A DNA stretch of 64,000 nucleotides from an uncultured Gemmatimonadaceae bacterium. GTDB taxonomy: Bacteria; Gemmatimonadota; Gemmatimonadetes; Gemmatimonadales; Gemmatimonadaceae. Positions 41,706 to 51,231 of the stretch are shown piece after piece. How positions within the stretch are numbered: the first letter of the stretch is position 1; each line of letters opens with the position of its first letter. Made by a program: the position numbers and the translations under genes. The notes beneath the pieces were generated by a model that was not told the DNA's origin, ran no database searches, and was given only the letters and a program-made list of their open reading frames with translations. The stretch spans positions 1,472,001 to 1,536,000 of the forward strand of contig CAVUDW010000002.1 of the NCBI GenBank assembly GCA_963740355.1, in the 5' to 3' direction.

Positions 41706-43190
41706 ATGACTGACTTCAAGAACTACATCGCGGGCCAGTGGGTTGCCCCCTCGACGGGCGCCTGGTTCGAGAATCGCAATCCCGCCGATACCAGCGACCT
41801 CATCGGGCGCTTTCCGCGCTCCGGCGCGGACGATGTGAACCGGGCTGTCGCCAGCGCCGCAAAGGGCTTCGCCGCCTGGAAGGCGGTGCCGGCTCCCGCG
41901 CGCGGCGACGTGCTCCGCCGGGTGGGCGACCTGTTGACCGGGCGGAAGGAAGAGCTGGCCGACATCATGACCCGCGAGATGGGCAAGCCGCTGGCTGAGA
42001 CGCGGGGCGACGTGCAGGAAGGCATCGACACCGCGTATTACGCCGGCACGATGGGGCGGCAGCTTTTCGGCAAGACCGTGCCCAGTGAGTTGAACAACAA
42101 GTGGGCCATGAGCTTCCGGCGCCCGATCGGCGTCTGTGGCCTGGTGACGCCGTTCAACTTCCCGCTCGCCATCCCGACCTGGAAGAGTTTCCCCGCGCTG
42201 TTGTGCGGCAACTCGGTCATTTTCAAGCCTGCCGAGGACGTGCCGCAGACCGTGGCCGTGTTGGTGGAGATTCTGCTCGAGGCCGGGGTGCATCCGGAAG
42301 CGGTGCAGCTCGTGCACGGGCTTGGCGAGGAAGTCGGCGCGGCGCTGGTCTCGCACCCCGACGTCCCCGTGATCTCCTTCACCGGCTCGACCGCCACCGG
42401 TTCGCTCATTGGCGAGACGTGCGGGCGGATGCACAAGCGTTTGTCGCTCGAGATGGGCGGCAAGAACGCGCAGATCGTACTCGATGACGCCAATCTGGAC
42501 CTCGCACTGGAGGGCGTCCTGTGGGGTGCGTTCGGCACCACCGGGCAGCGCTGCACCGCCACCTCGCGACTGATCCTGCAGGCCGGGATTCACGATCGGT
42601 TTCTCGATCGACTGGTTGCGGCGGCCTCGAAGCTCAAGCTCGGTGACGGCCGCAAGGCGGGCACCGACGTCGGTCCGGTGATCCACGCCGAGTCGCTGGC
42701 GAACGTCGAGAAGTACGTCGAAATCGGCAGCAAGGCAGGCAATTCCCTGGCGACCGGAGGCCAGCGCGCCACCGGCGGGGACCTCGACAAGGGCTTCTTC
42801 TTCCAGCCCACGATCTTCGCCGGCGTCAGGCAGGGCGATCGCCTGGAGCAGGAGGAGATCTTCGGCCCCGTGCTGAGCGTGCTCAAGGTGGCGGATGCGG
42901 ACGAAGCCTTCCGGGTCAACAATGGCGTGAAGTACGGCCTCTCCTCGTCGCTCTACACGAGCGACGTGAACCTTGCCTTCCGCGCGCTGAACGAGTTGGA
43001 CAACGGCATCACCTATGTGAACGCCCCGACCATCGGCGCCGAGGCGCACATGCCGTTCGGTGGTGTGAAGCAGACCGGTAACGGTCATCGCGAAGGCGGG
43101 TGGGAAGTGTATGATTTCTACTCGGAGACCAAGGTCGGCTACATCGATTACTCCGGCCGCCTCCAGCGCGCACAGATCGACAACTACTGA
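41706..43190 (+). CDS. aldehyde dehydrogenase family protein
   Basis: TPFNFP, FTGS, LEMGGKN, GQRCTA, EEIFGPV, PFGG.K.TG. Start ATG 41706. Confidence 0.92.
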   Translation: MTDFKNYIAGQWVAPSTGAWFENRNPADTSDLIGRFPRSGADDVNRAVASAAKGFAAWKAVPAPARGDVLRRVGDLLTGRKEELADIMTREMGKPLAETRGDVQEGIDTAYYAGTMGRQLFGKTVPSELNNKWAMSFRRPIGVCGLVTPFNFPLAIPTWKSFPALLCGNSVIFKPAEDVPQTVAVLVEILLEAGVHPEAVQLVHGLGEEVGAALVSHPDVPVISFTGSTATGSLIGETCGRMHKRLSLEMGGKNAQIVLDDANLDLALEGVLWGAFGTTGQRCTATSRLILQAGIHDRFLDRLVAAASKLKLGDGRKAGTDVGPVIHAESLANVEKYVEIGSKAGNSLATGGQRATGGDLDKGFFFQPTIFAGVRQGDRLEQEEIFGPVLSVLKVADADEAFRVNNGVKYGLSSSLYTSDVNLAFRALNELDNGITYVNAPTIGAEAHMPFGGVKQTGNGHREGGWEVYDFYSETKVGYIDYSGRLQRAQIDNY

Positions 43191-43426
43191 GGCAGTCGCG
43201 CAGGGCGGTGCAGGATTTTGCGCTGCCCTGCGATACTCGGGTGTGTGGGCCGGCGAACGGTTGCGTATCCTCCGCCTGTCTCTCGTCATCGGGGCGAGGG
43301 CTCCGGACGCCTTGCGGCAGATTGCTGCTCGCGCTTGCTTTTTTTCAGGGTGTGCAGGCGAATGCGCGAACTGTTCGCGCCGTCTCCGCATCGTCACCAT
43401 CGCTGGACCAACGTCCGTCGGCCGTC

Positions 43427-44197
43427 ATGGATCTGTCCAATCCAAGTCAGGCACCGCAGCGCGCGATCTCCGAGACGGAGCGTCGCGACGCATTGCGCAG
43501 GGTGAACCGCCGCGGCCTCGCCTGGCTGTGGGAATGGGCGAAGTCGTTCACGATGACCGTGCTCGTCATCATCGTCGTCCGCACCTTCCTCATCGACATC
43601 TTCCGGATCCCGAGCAGCAGCATGGAAGGCACGCTGCTGGTTGGCGACATCCTCTTCGTGAACAAGCTGGCCTACGGTGCCGAGGTGCCGCTGACCGCCA
43701 AGCGGCTGCCACCGATGAAGGCGCCGGCCCGCGGTGAAGTGATCGTGTTCAAGTGGCCGCTCGACCATGCGAAGCCGTTCGTGAAGCGTCTTGTCGGCCT
43801 CCCCGGCGACACGATTGCCATGCGACAGGGGCACCTGCAGGTCAACGGCGTGATGCAGAGCGAGCAGTTCACGCGCCGCATGCCCGGCGTCGCGGAACCG
43901 ATGGCGATGGAGTTCGACTGGCTGCGGCGCGCACTGCTGCCGGCGGCGCACGCGTCACCCGGTGCGCATCCCACGCGCAATACGTGGGGGCCGCTCGTCG
44001 TGCCGGCGCACAGCTTCTTCGTGCTCGGCGACAACCGCGACAATTCGAGCGACAGCCGCTACTGGGGCTTCGTGCCGGATTCGCTGCTGCTCGGACAACC
44101 CTTGTTGGTGTACTACAGCGTAGTGCCGGATTCGGTGGCGCCAGGCTCGTGGCTCTCCCGCGTTCGATGGCATCGCATCGGGGAATGGGTGCGATGA
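43427..44197 (+). CDS. lepB: signal peptidase I
   Basis: IPSSSMEGTL..GD, FVKRLVGLPGD, GDNRDNSSDSRYWGFVP. Confidence 0.92.
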   Translation: MDLSNPSQAPQRAISETERRDALRRVNRRGLAWLWEWAKSFTMTVLVIIVVRTFLIDIFRIPSSSMEGTLLVGDILFVNKLAYGAEVPLTAKRLPPMKAPARGEVIVFKWPLDHAKPFVKRLVGLPGDTIAMRQGHLQVNGVMQSEQFTRRMPGVAEPMAMEFDWLRRALLPAAHASPGAHPTRNTWGPLVVPAHSFFVLGDNRDNSSDSRYWGFVPDSLLLGQPLLVYYSVVPDSVAPGSWLSRVRWHRIGEWVR

Positions 44198-44294
44198 CCG
44201 TGCTGCGCGCAGCATGACGTTGTGAACGACTCGCGTTCGCGTGCAGCCTCCTGTCACGCGCCGCGCCTCCCCGCCGCTGGAAGGAGCTCGTCGC

Positions 44295-45158
44295 ATGTCG
44301 GTGTCGTCCCGTCGGTCCAAGCTTGCGTCGGATGAAGGGTCGCTCGATCAGTACCTGAAGGACATCAGCCGCTATCCGCTGATCAATCGCGAGAAGGAGG
44401 CAGAACTGGCGCGCGCCATCCGCGCGGGCGACCGCGAAGCCCTCGACACGCTGGTCCGTTCCAACCTGCGTTTCGTCGTCTCCGTGGCCAAGAAGTACCA
44501 GAATCAGGGCGTGTCACTCTCCGACCTGATCAACGAGGGCAACCTTGGCCTGATCCGCGCCGCGCAGAAGTTCGACGAGACGAAGGAGATCAAGTTCATC
44601 TCCTATGCCGTCTGGTGGATCCGCCAGGCCATCCTGCAGGCGCTTGCGGAACAGAGCCGCATCGTGCGGGTCCCGCTCAACCGCGCCGGCACGCTGCACC
44701 GCATCGGCAAGCGTGCCAGCGCCATGGTCCAGGAACTGGGCCGTGAAGCCACGCACGACGAGATCGCCAAGGACATGTCGATCTCGCTCGACGAAGTGTC
44801 CCTCACCATGGGCATCGCGCAGGGCCATGTCTCCCTCGACTCCCCCGTGACGCCGGGTGAGGACAATCGGCTCAGCGACTACCTCGCCGATACCGAGCAT
44901 CAGTCGCCCGAGGAGGAGATGTTCGAGAAGGCCATGACCGAGACGGTCGAGGGCGCGCTGCACCGGCTCAAGGAGCGCGAGGCGCGCATCCTGCGCATGT
45001 ACTTCGGGCTGGACGAAGTCGAGCCACTGACCCTCGAGGAGATCGGCTTGAAGCTGGGCATCACCCGCGAGCGTGTCCGACAGATCAAGGAGAAGGCGCT
45101 CAGTCGGCTGCGCCATGTCAGCAACTCGCGCGCGCTCGAAAGCTTTTACGTCTCCTGA
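44295..45158 (+). CDS. RpoD/RpoS-family sigma70 factor lacking region 1.1 (alternative sigma)
   Basis: Regions 1.2-4 present: YLKDI, NLRFVVSVAKKY, DLINEGNLGL, FISYAVWWIRQ, TLEEIG..TRERVRQI. GAAGGAG RBS before ATG 44295. Confidence 0.9.
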   Translation: MSVSSRRSKLASDEGSLDQYLKDISRYPLINREKEAELARAIRAGDREALDTLVRSNLRFVVSVAKKYQNQGVSLSDLINEGNLGLIRAAQKFDETKEIKFISYAVWWIRQAILQALAEQSRIVRVPLNRAGTLHRIGKRASAMVQELGREATHDEIAKDMSISLDEVSLTMGIAQGHVSLDSPVTPGEDNRLSDYLADTEHQSPEEEMFEKAMTETVEGALHRLKEREARILRMYFGLDEVEPLTLEEIGLKLGITRERVRQIKEKALSRLRHVSNSRALESFYVS

Positions 45159-45309
45159 CGGAAAAGCGGGGCGAGCCGGCGGTGGGGCGGTTCCAAAGCC
45201 CGATGTGGCAGCGCCGCCTGACCCGCCCGCCTCGCGCCCACGACTGACGTAACTTTCCCGGGTACGGCATTCCTCCGCCGCACCCGGACCACGTCAGAGG
45301 ATCGCACCC

Positions 45310-45810
45310 ATGGCTGATACAAATTCGTTCGACGTCACCACCGGCGTCGACCTGCAGGAAGTGGACAACGCCGTCAATCAGGCGCAGAAGGAGGCCGCCC
45401 AGCGCTACGACTTCAAGGGTGCACTGGTCGAGATCAACTTCAAGCGCGCCGAGTCGAAGATCGAGCTCAAGACCGACAGCGACATGCGCATGGAAGCATT
45501 GCTCGACATGCTCAATGCAAAACTCATCAAGCGCAACGTGCCGGTGAAGAATCTCGACATCGGGGAGGTGAAGCCCATGGGCGGTGACACCCTGATGCGA
45601 ACGATCGGCCTCAAGATGAACCTCGACGGCGACACGGCGAAGAAAGTCGCAGCCGCCATCAAGGCCGCCAAGTTCAAGAAGGTGCAGGCCGCCATCCAGG
45701 GCGAACAGGTGCGCGTGACATCACCCTCGCGCGATGACCTGCAGCAGGCCATCGCTCTGCTGCGAAAGGAAGACTTCGGCGTCGAGCTGCAGTTCGGGAA
45801 TTTCCGATGA
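45310..45810 (+). CDS. yajQ: YajQ family nucleotide/c-di-GMP-binding protein
   Basis: SFDV...DLQEVDNAVNQA.KE...RYDFKG, KVQAAIQGEQVRV...RDDLQ, LQFGNFR. Confidence 0.93.
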   Translation: MADTNSFDVTTGVDLQEVDNAVNQAQKEAAQRYDFKGALVEINFKRAESKIELKTDSDMRMEALLDMLNAKLIKRNVPVKNLDIGEVKPMGGDTLMRTIGLKMNLDGDTAKKVAAAIKAAKFKKVQAAIQGEQVRVTSPSRDDLQQAIALLRKEDFGVELQFGNFR

Positions 45811-46784
45811 GCCTCGTCGAGGCGCGTCGCGTCACCGCCGCCGGCATCGCGCGTGCCGCGCAGGGGATCAACCCGGTGTTCCTCAACACACCGGTGGTAC
45901 GACACGACGACCTCGATGCCTGGCTCGGTGCACAGGTCAGCTGCAAGGTGGAATCGCTGGGTCCACTGCGCTCGTTCAAGGGCCGCGGTGGCGACTGGTT
46001 CATCAAACAACGCGCTGCCACCGGTCCGGTCTGCGCGGCATCCGCAGGAAACTTCGGGCAGGCACTCGCCTTCGCTGCGCGCGACGCTGGTGTGCCATGT
46101 ACGATGTTCGCTTCAGTGCATGCCAGCCCGCTCAAGCTGGCTCGGATGCGCGCCCTCGGCGCAACGGTCTTTCAGGCCGGCGAGGATTTCGACGCCGCCA
46201 AGGATGAAGCGCGCAGCTATGCCCAGAAGCATGGGCTCGAGTTCGTCGAGGACGGTCAGGCGCTCGCCATCACCGAAGGGGCAGGTACCATCGCGGTCGA
46301 ACTCGCGAACGCCGTCACCCTCGATACGCTCCTGGTGCCACTCGGCAATGGTGCACTGCTCGCTGGTGTCGCGACCTGGATGCGTACCGTTGCGCCGACC
46401 ACACGGATCATCGGCGTCGTTGCTGAAGGCGCGCCGAGCATGATGCGCGCCTTGACTGGCGTACAAGTCGATCACACCACGCCCGTGAACACCATTGCCG
46501 ACGGCATTGCGGTGCGTGTTCCGGTGAAGGAAGCCATCGATGACTTGCGCGGCCTCACCGATGACTTCGTCGCCGTGGAAGAGGCCGCGATTCTTTCAGC
46601 GATGCGTGGTCTCGTGTCGCACATCGGTCTCGTCGTCGAGCCCGCCGGTGCCGTGGGAATCGCAGCCCTGCTCACAGCAGCGCACGGCACCTACGGAGAA
46701 CGTGTCGGGACGATTCTCTGTGGCGGCAACGTGACGACGGCGCAGATGGATGAGTGGAAGTTGCTCCGCACGGCGATCGGCTGA
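45807..46784 (+). CDS. PLP-dependent threonine/serine dehydratase family protein
   Basis: SFKGRG lysine motif, ASAGNFG, PLGNGALL, IADGI, VEPAGA, CGGN. Confidence 0.88.
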   Translation: MSLVEARRVTAAGIARAAQGINPVFLNTPVVRHDDLDAWLGAQVSCKVESLGPLRSFKGRGGDWFIKQRAATGPVCAASAGNFGQALAFAARDAGVPCTMFASVHASPLKLARMRALGATVFQAGEDFDAAKDEARSYAQKHGLEFVEDGQALAITEGAGTIAVELANAVTLDTLLVPLGNGALLAGVATWMRTVAPTTRIIGVVAEGAPSMMRALTGVQVDHTTPVNTIADGIAVRVPVKEAIDDLRGLTDDFVAVEEAAILSAMRGLVSHIGLVVEPAGAVGIAALLTAAHGTYGERVGTILCGGNVTTAQMDEWKLLRTAIG

Positions 46785-46834
46785 AGCCAACAACGTTCCA
46801 GCCGCGACCAGCACCTGCAGGTCGCGGATGGAAC

Positions 46835-47536
46835 TCAGGCTGCGTCGTGAAAGATGATCCCCGTCGCGAAGCGGTGACCGCTCCGGATCCGACTGACACC
46901 GTGCCGCAAGTTGACGCGGTACGCCCCCCGCGTTCCCGTCACCGGACGATGGTGCACCGCGAAGATTGCGGCATCACCTCGCCGCAATGGCACCACCTCG
47001 GCGCGCGACTGCATCCGGGGACGCTGCTCCGTCAGCACGAACTCGCCACCTTCGAAGTCCTGTCCGGGCTCCGAGAGCAGGAACACTACCTGAAAGGGAA
47101 AGACGTGTTCGCCGTACAGGTCCTGGTGCAGCGCATTGAAGTCCTCCGCGCCGTATTTCAGTAGCAAGGGCGTCGGCTTCACCTGGCCGGCGGTGTGGCA
47201 ACGTGCCAGGAACGCGTCGTGGTGCTCAGGAAACGCCACGTCGATGTTCATGGCATTGTTCCACCGCGTCGCGATTGGAGCCAGTCGCAGATAGAGCGCC
47301 TGTCGCAGCGTTGCGATCGTGTCGGGAAGGGGATAGTCGAAGTATTGATACTCTCCTCGGCCAAATCCATGGCGCTGCATCACGACACGACTGCGAAAGT
47401 GCGACGGCTCGTCGTACATCCGCGCCAGCGCGTCGCACTCCCCGGCGGTCAGCATTCCGGGCAGCATCGCCCAGCCATGGGCGTCAAGATGTGCCGCGAT
47501 CTCGGCCCACCGATACCGATCGAGCGGCGCGCTCAC
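46835..47536 (-). CDS. 2OG-Fe(II) oxygenase (DUF2086-like)
   Basis: HGFGRGEY.YF, LHQDLYGE..FP.Q, EQRPRMQSR, RHGVS. The GTG start overlaps the ada stop. Confidence 0.85.
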   Translation of the reverse strand: MSAPLDRYRWAEIAAHLDAHGWAMLPGMLTAGECDALARMYDEPSHFRSRVVMQRHGFGRGEYQYFDYPLPDTIATLRQALYLRLAPIATRWNNAMNIDVAFPEHHDAFLARCHTAGQVKPTPLLLKYGAEDFNALHQDLYGEHVFPFQVVFLLSEPGQDFEGGEFVLTEQRPRMQSRAEVVPLRRGDAAIFAVHHRPVTGTRGAYRVNLRHGVSRIRSGHRFATGIIFHDAA

Positions 47537-48609
47537 CGGGCACCTTCGCGTTCCAGCAGCGCCGCCTTGCGCTCGATTCCCCAGCGGTATCCCGACAACC
47601 CGCCGCTGGCCCTCACCACGCGATGGCAGGGGATCACAACCGCGATTTCGTTCGCCGCACAGGCGCTCGCAACAGCGCGCACCGCGCTCGGCTGTCCGAT
47701 GGCTTCCGCGATCTCGGTGTAGCTGCGTGTCTCTCCTGGCGCGATCGACGTCAGTGCACGCCACACCCGCTCCTGAAATGCGCTGCCTCGAATGTCGAGT
47801 GGCAGGTCGAGCGCATCGCGTGGCGATTCCACGAAGCCAACGACCTTCGAGACGACCGCCGCGAACGCCGGATCATCGCCCACCAGTGTCGCGGCGCTGA
47901 ATCGCGTCTCGAGCGCCCGCACCAGCAGCTCCGGATCATCGCCGAGGGCAATGGAGCAGATCCCCTTCTCAGTCGCGGCCACGAGAATTGCACCGAGCGA
48001 TGACTGCCCGACGGCGAACCGCACCGTTTCTCCCTCACCGCCACGCCGCGCCTGCGCGGGCGACATCCCCAGCCGTTGAGTGGCGCGCTCGTAGAAGCGA
48101 CTTGGCGAGGAGTACCCCGCGCCGACAATCGCTTCCGAGACTGTGCGTGTGTTACCGAGCGATTCGCGAAGCATTCGTGCACGGGCCCCAGCCGCATACC
48201 CACGCGGTGTAAGACCGGTCGCCTTGCGGAAGATCCGGTGCAGGTGGAACGGGGAGAAGCCGGCGCGATCAGCCAGTATTTGCAACGTCGGGACCGATCC
48301 ATCCTTCGCCAGCGTGTCGTCGATCAGTCGGCAGACCGCGGTCACGACTTCGGCATGCAAGTCGGAGTCGAGCAGATCGGGTCGGCAACGCTTGCAGGGA
48401 CGGAATCCAGCCAGCGTGGCGGCTTCGATCGAATCGTGAAAGGAAACGTTCTCGCGCTTGGCAAGCCGTGCACCACACGACGGCTTGCAGAACACACCCG
48501 TGGTGCGCACCGCGTAATACCACTGCCCATCCTGCGACCGGTCACGCGCCGATATCGCGGCGTACCGCTCGTCGATGAGCGGAAGTGAGGTCGTGGGGTC
48601 AGTGGTCAT
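47533..48609 (-). CDS. ada: bifunctional Ada regulator / O6-methylguanine-DNA methyltransferase
   Basis: Zn site TTGVFCKPSC...GFRPCKRC, AraC HTH, active site IPCHRV. Start may be 48609 or 48642. Confidence 0.93.
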   Translation of the reverse strand: MTTDPTTSLPLIDERYAAISARDRSQDGQWYYAVRTTGVFCKPSCGARLAKRENVSFHDSIEAATLAGFRPCKRCRPDLLDSDLHAEVVTAVCRLIDDTLAKDGSVPTLQILADRAGFSPFHLHRIFRKATGLTPRGYAAGARARMLRESLGNTRTVSEAIVGAGYSSPSRFYERATQRLGMSPAQARRGGEGETVRFAVGQSSLGAILVAATEKGICSIALGDDPELLVRALETRFSAATLVGDDPAFAAVVSKVVGFVESPRDALDLPLDIRGSAFQERVWRALTSIAPGETRSYTEIAEAIGQPSAVRAVASACAANEIAVVIPCHRVVRASGGLSGYRWGIERKAALLEREGAR

Positions 48610-48753
48610 GCTGGTTCCGGGATACAGACCGATGGCCGTCATGTCGAGCTCCTGTGCCAGAGAGTAGGCTGATGCCGAATGATCGGCCAGCGGCTCCTGA
48701 CACACACTCCGGTGCTTGCGCTTGAATTTCAGCCCGCGTCGCCGTGCCTCTGG

Positions 48754-49713
48754 TCACGCGTCCGGTGGGGCGGCACGGAGGTTGATCCGCCAGAGGTGAC
48801 GCTGCGTACCGACGGCACCGAAGCGTTCCTCGGTCGCCGCACTCACGTGTCGGAACCCGGCCGCGAACGTGATGAAGCGTGCCGACTTCATCGGATCCCA
48901 CAACTCGAGCTCCACCGCATCGTATCCGGCCCGCCGTGCAAAGTCGATCGACTCGGCAAGCAGCCGACGGCCGATGCCGATTCCGCGCGCCTGCGACTCG
49001 ACGTGCAGCATCCTCACGCGCGCGACCTGGTCACCGGCCTTGTGCACCAGCACGGATCCAATCACGACGCCGTCACGTTCGGCGATCCAGCTGCAGTCTG
49101 TGGTCGAATCGAACTGCTCCGCGAAGTTCGTTGCCGTACGGAGCAGCATCGCCTCATAGGCTGCGTTGTACTCGAACTCTTCCAGCGCCGATGCAATCGT
49201 CCGCTGCGTGATGTAACTGATGTCACCCGCGCGATGCGGGCGAAGCAGCCACGGCGCTGGATCGCGCGCCGGCACCTCGCTGCTGAAGGCGCCCTCGATT
49301 CGCTCCATCGCATCGAGCAACGGCGCATGAATGAAGGTCGGCAAGGTGCGAACGAGCGACGCGTATCTGGCGGTCGTGATCGCCTCGAGCGTCGTCACTT
49401 CCGCACGGCCGGCGGCGGTGAGCGAGAGCGGCTGTTGCCGGCTGTCGGCTGAGTCGGCCGACTTCGACACCACGCCCGTCGTTTCGAGTCGCCGGATCAC
49501 TCGGCTCAGGTACCCGGCATCGAGCCCCAGCGAGCGGCTCAGCGCGGTCACCGTCCGCTGTTCGTATTGGGCCAGCTCGCCCAGCACCCGCACCTCGGTC
49601 GCCGAGTACGAGCTGCCAGCCGGCCCCGCCTCGAGCGATCCGAGCCGTTGGGAGAAGAATCGGGAGAAGCGCCGGAGGGCGGCGATCTTCTGATCCAGCG
49701 GGAGCGTGCTCAT
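48754..49713 (-). CDS. MarR-HTH / GNAT fusion regulator
   Basis: LRRFSRFF, LGLDAGYLSR, DSRQ..LSLT..G, then GNAT (CSWIAE, ARGIGIGRRL). The real start is ATG 49713, not the track start at 51045. Confidence 0.87.
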   Translation of the reverse strand: MSTLPLDQKIAALRRFSRFFSQRLGSLEAGPAGSSYSATEVRVLGELAQYEQRTVTALSRSLGLDAGYLSRVIRRLETTGVVSKSADSADSRQQPLSLTAAGRAEVTTLEAITTARYASLVRTLPTFIHAPLLDAMERIEGAFSSEVPARDPAPWLLRPHRAGDISYITQRTIASALEEFEYNAAYEAMLLRTATNFAEQFDSTTDCSWIAERDGVVIGSVLVHKAGDQVARVRMLHVESQARGIGIGRRLLAESIDFARRAGYDAVELELWDPMKSARFITFAAGFRHVSAATEERFGAVGTQRHLWRINLRAAPPDA

Positions 49714-49833
49714 ACGTATCCGGGAAGGCGAGAAATCCTTGCTGCAGGCACGGGAATATATGCCTCGGGCACGATTCGCGTTCCCGCGACGGCTTTCGCT
49801 TCTCCGGGCCCCCGGGTCCGGTAAGTTCAGCGC

Positions 49834-51231
49834 ATGAAAATCGGCTTCATCACGCTGGGCTGCGACAAGAACACCGTCGACACCGAACGCTATCTGGCAC
49901 AGCTCGCCGCGTATGGCGGCGAGCACACCGACGACCTGGCTGAGGCCGAGGTGATCGTCGTCAATACCTGTGGGTTCATCGACGCCGCGAAGAAGGAGTC
50001 GATCGACGCCATTCTCGAGGCTGCCCGCCACAAGGTGGATGGCGCCTGTCAGGCCGTAGTCGCACTCGGCTGCATGGTCCAGCGCCATAAGGATGAGCTC
50101 GCTGAGTCGATTCCGGAGGTCGACCTGTTCCTTGGCACCACCGATGTCGACCAGCTCATTCCGCAGCTGCAGCTGCGCGGCTTGGTGGATGCGGCGCCGA
50201 TGATCCATCCCGGCGAGCGGATGTTCGGTGGCGGCGAGACACCACACGTGCGGTATCTCAAGGTCAGTGAAGGGTGCGATCACGGCTGCGCGTTCTGCGC
50301 CATTCCACTGATGCGCGGCAAGCATCGCAGCTTCGCACTCGAGGATGTGATACGCGAGGCGCAGTTGCTCGAATTGCAGGGTGCTCGCGAGGTGAACCTC
50401 GTGGCGCAGGATCTTGCGCACTACGGGCGTGATCGTCGCGACGGTACAGCGTTGCCGGAGTTGCTGGAAGCGCTGCTGCGAGAGACCGACATCCCGTGGT
50501 TCCGCAATCTCTATCTCTACAACGCCGGCATCACACCGCGTTTCCTCGAGGTCGTGGCGAACAATCCGAGGATCCTGCCGTATCTCGACATGCCGGTACA
50601 GCATGGCAGCGACTCGGTATTGACCCGGATGCGTCGCCCGGAGCGTCGCAAGACCATCGTCGAGAAGGTGGCGAGATTCCGTGATGCGGTGCCGGATCTC
50701 ACCATTCGCACCACCGTGATCGTCGGCTTTCCCGGCGAGACGCACGAAGATTTCGAGATCCTGCTCGAATTCCTGGAAGAGATGCAGTTCGATCGTGTCG
50801 GGGCTTTCACCTACAGCGCGCAGGATGGCACGGCCGCCGCGGCGATGGTGGATGATGTGCCGGATGAAGTGAAGCATGAGCGGCTCGACATGCTTCAGCG
50901 CATGCAGGCAGGGATCACGGCGGAGCGATATGAGCGTCATATTGGTCGCACTGTGCAAGTGCTGATCGATCGTGCCGGGAGCGACGACGAGTTGGCAGTG
51001 GCGCGGGCACCGTGGCAGGCTGACGACATCGACGGCGTGACGCATCTCGACACCGATGCGCCGGTCGGGTCGCTGGTCGAGGCCACGATCACGGATGTAG
51101 TCGACGACTATGACTTCGAGGCCACCGCCTCTGGCATCATCCTGCTGCCGCCGGCGCTGGTTCAGCGCGAGCGGGCGGCGCGAGTCCTGCCGTTGGTGGC
51201 TTCTTCCTCGATCGGGAGCTTTGGACGATGA
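49834..51231 (+). CDS. rimO: ribosomal protein S12 methylthiotransferase
   Basis: TLGCDKNTVD, NTCGFID.AKKES, radical SAM EGCDHGCAFC, TRAM-like C-terminus with DIDG. Confidence 0.93.
   Translation: MKIGFITLGCDKNTVDTERYLAQLAAYGGEHTDDLAEAEVIVVNTCGFIDAAKKESIDAILEAARHKVDGACQAVVALGCMVQRHKDELAESIPEVDLFLGTTDVDQLIPQLQLRGLVDAAPMIHPGERMFGGGETPHVRYLKVSEGCDHGCAFCAIPLMRGKHRSFALEDVIREAQLLELQGAREVNLVAQDLAHYGRDRRDGTALPELLEALLRETDIPWFRNLYLYNAGITPRFLEVVANNPRILPYLDMPVQHGSDSVLTRMRRPERRKTIVEKVARFRDAVPDLTIRTTVIVGFPGETHEDFEILLEFLEEMQFDRVGAFTYSAQDGTAAAAMVDDVPDEVKHERLDMLQRMQAGITAERYERHIGRTVQVLIDRAGSDDELAVARAPWQADDIDGVTHLDTDAPVGSLVEATITDVVDDYDFEATASGIILLPPALVQRERAARVLPLVASSSIGSFGR

Noticed and set aside
27158..43400. 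Long antisense or alternative-frame ORFs (e.g. 27158-29011, 36230-37945, 39536-40933, 41643-43400)
   Set aside because: They mirror well-supported genes on the other strand, have no recognisable motifs, and are expected in high-GC DNA.
45165..45240. GC-rich imperfect stem-loop after the sigma factor gene as an ncRNA or riboswitch
   Set aside because: I recognise no family motif and there is no U-tract, so it cannot be told from chance pairing without a covariance search.
49714..51045. 763-aa ORF 48754-51045 as one large fusion protein
   Set aside because: The upstream part is the antisense shadow of rimO; only 48754-49713 is protein-like.
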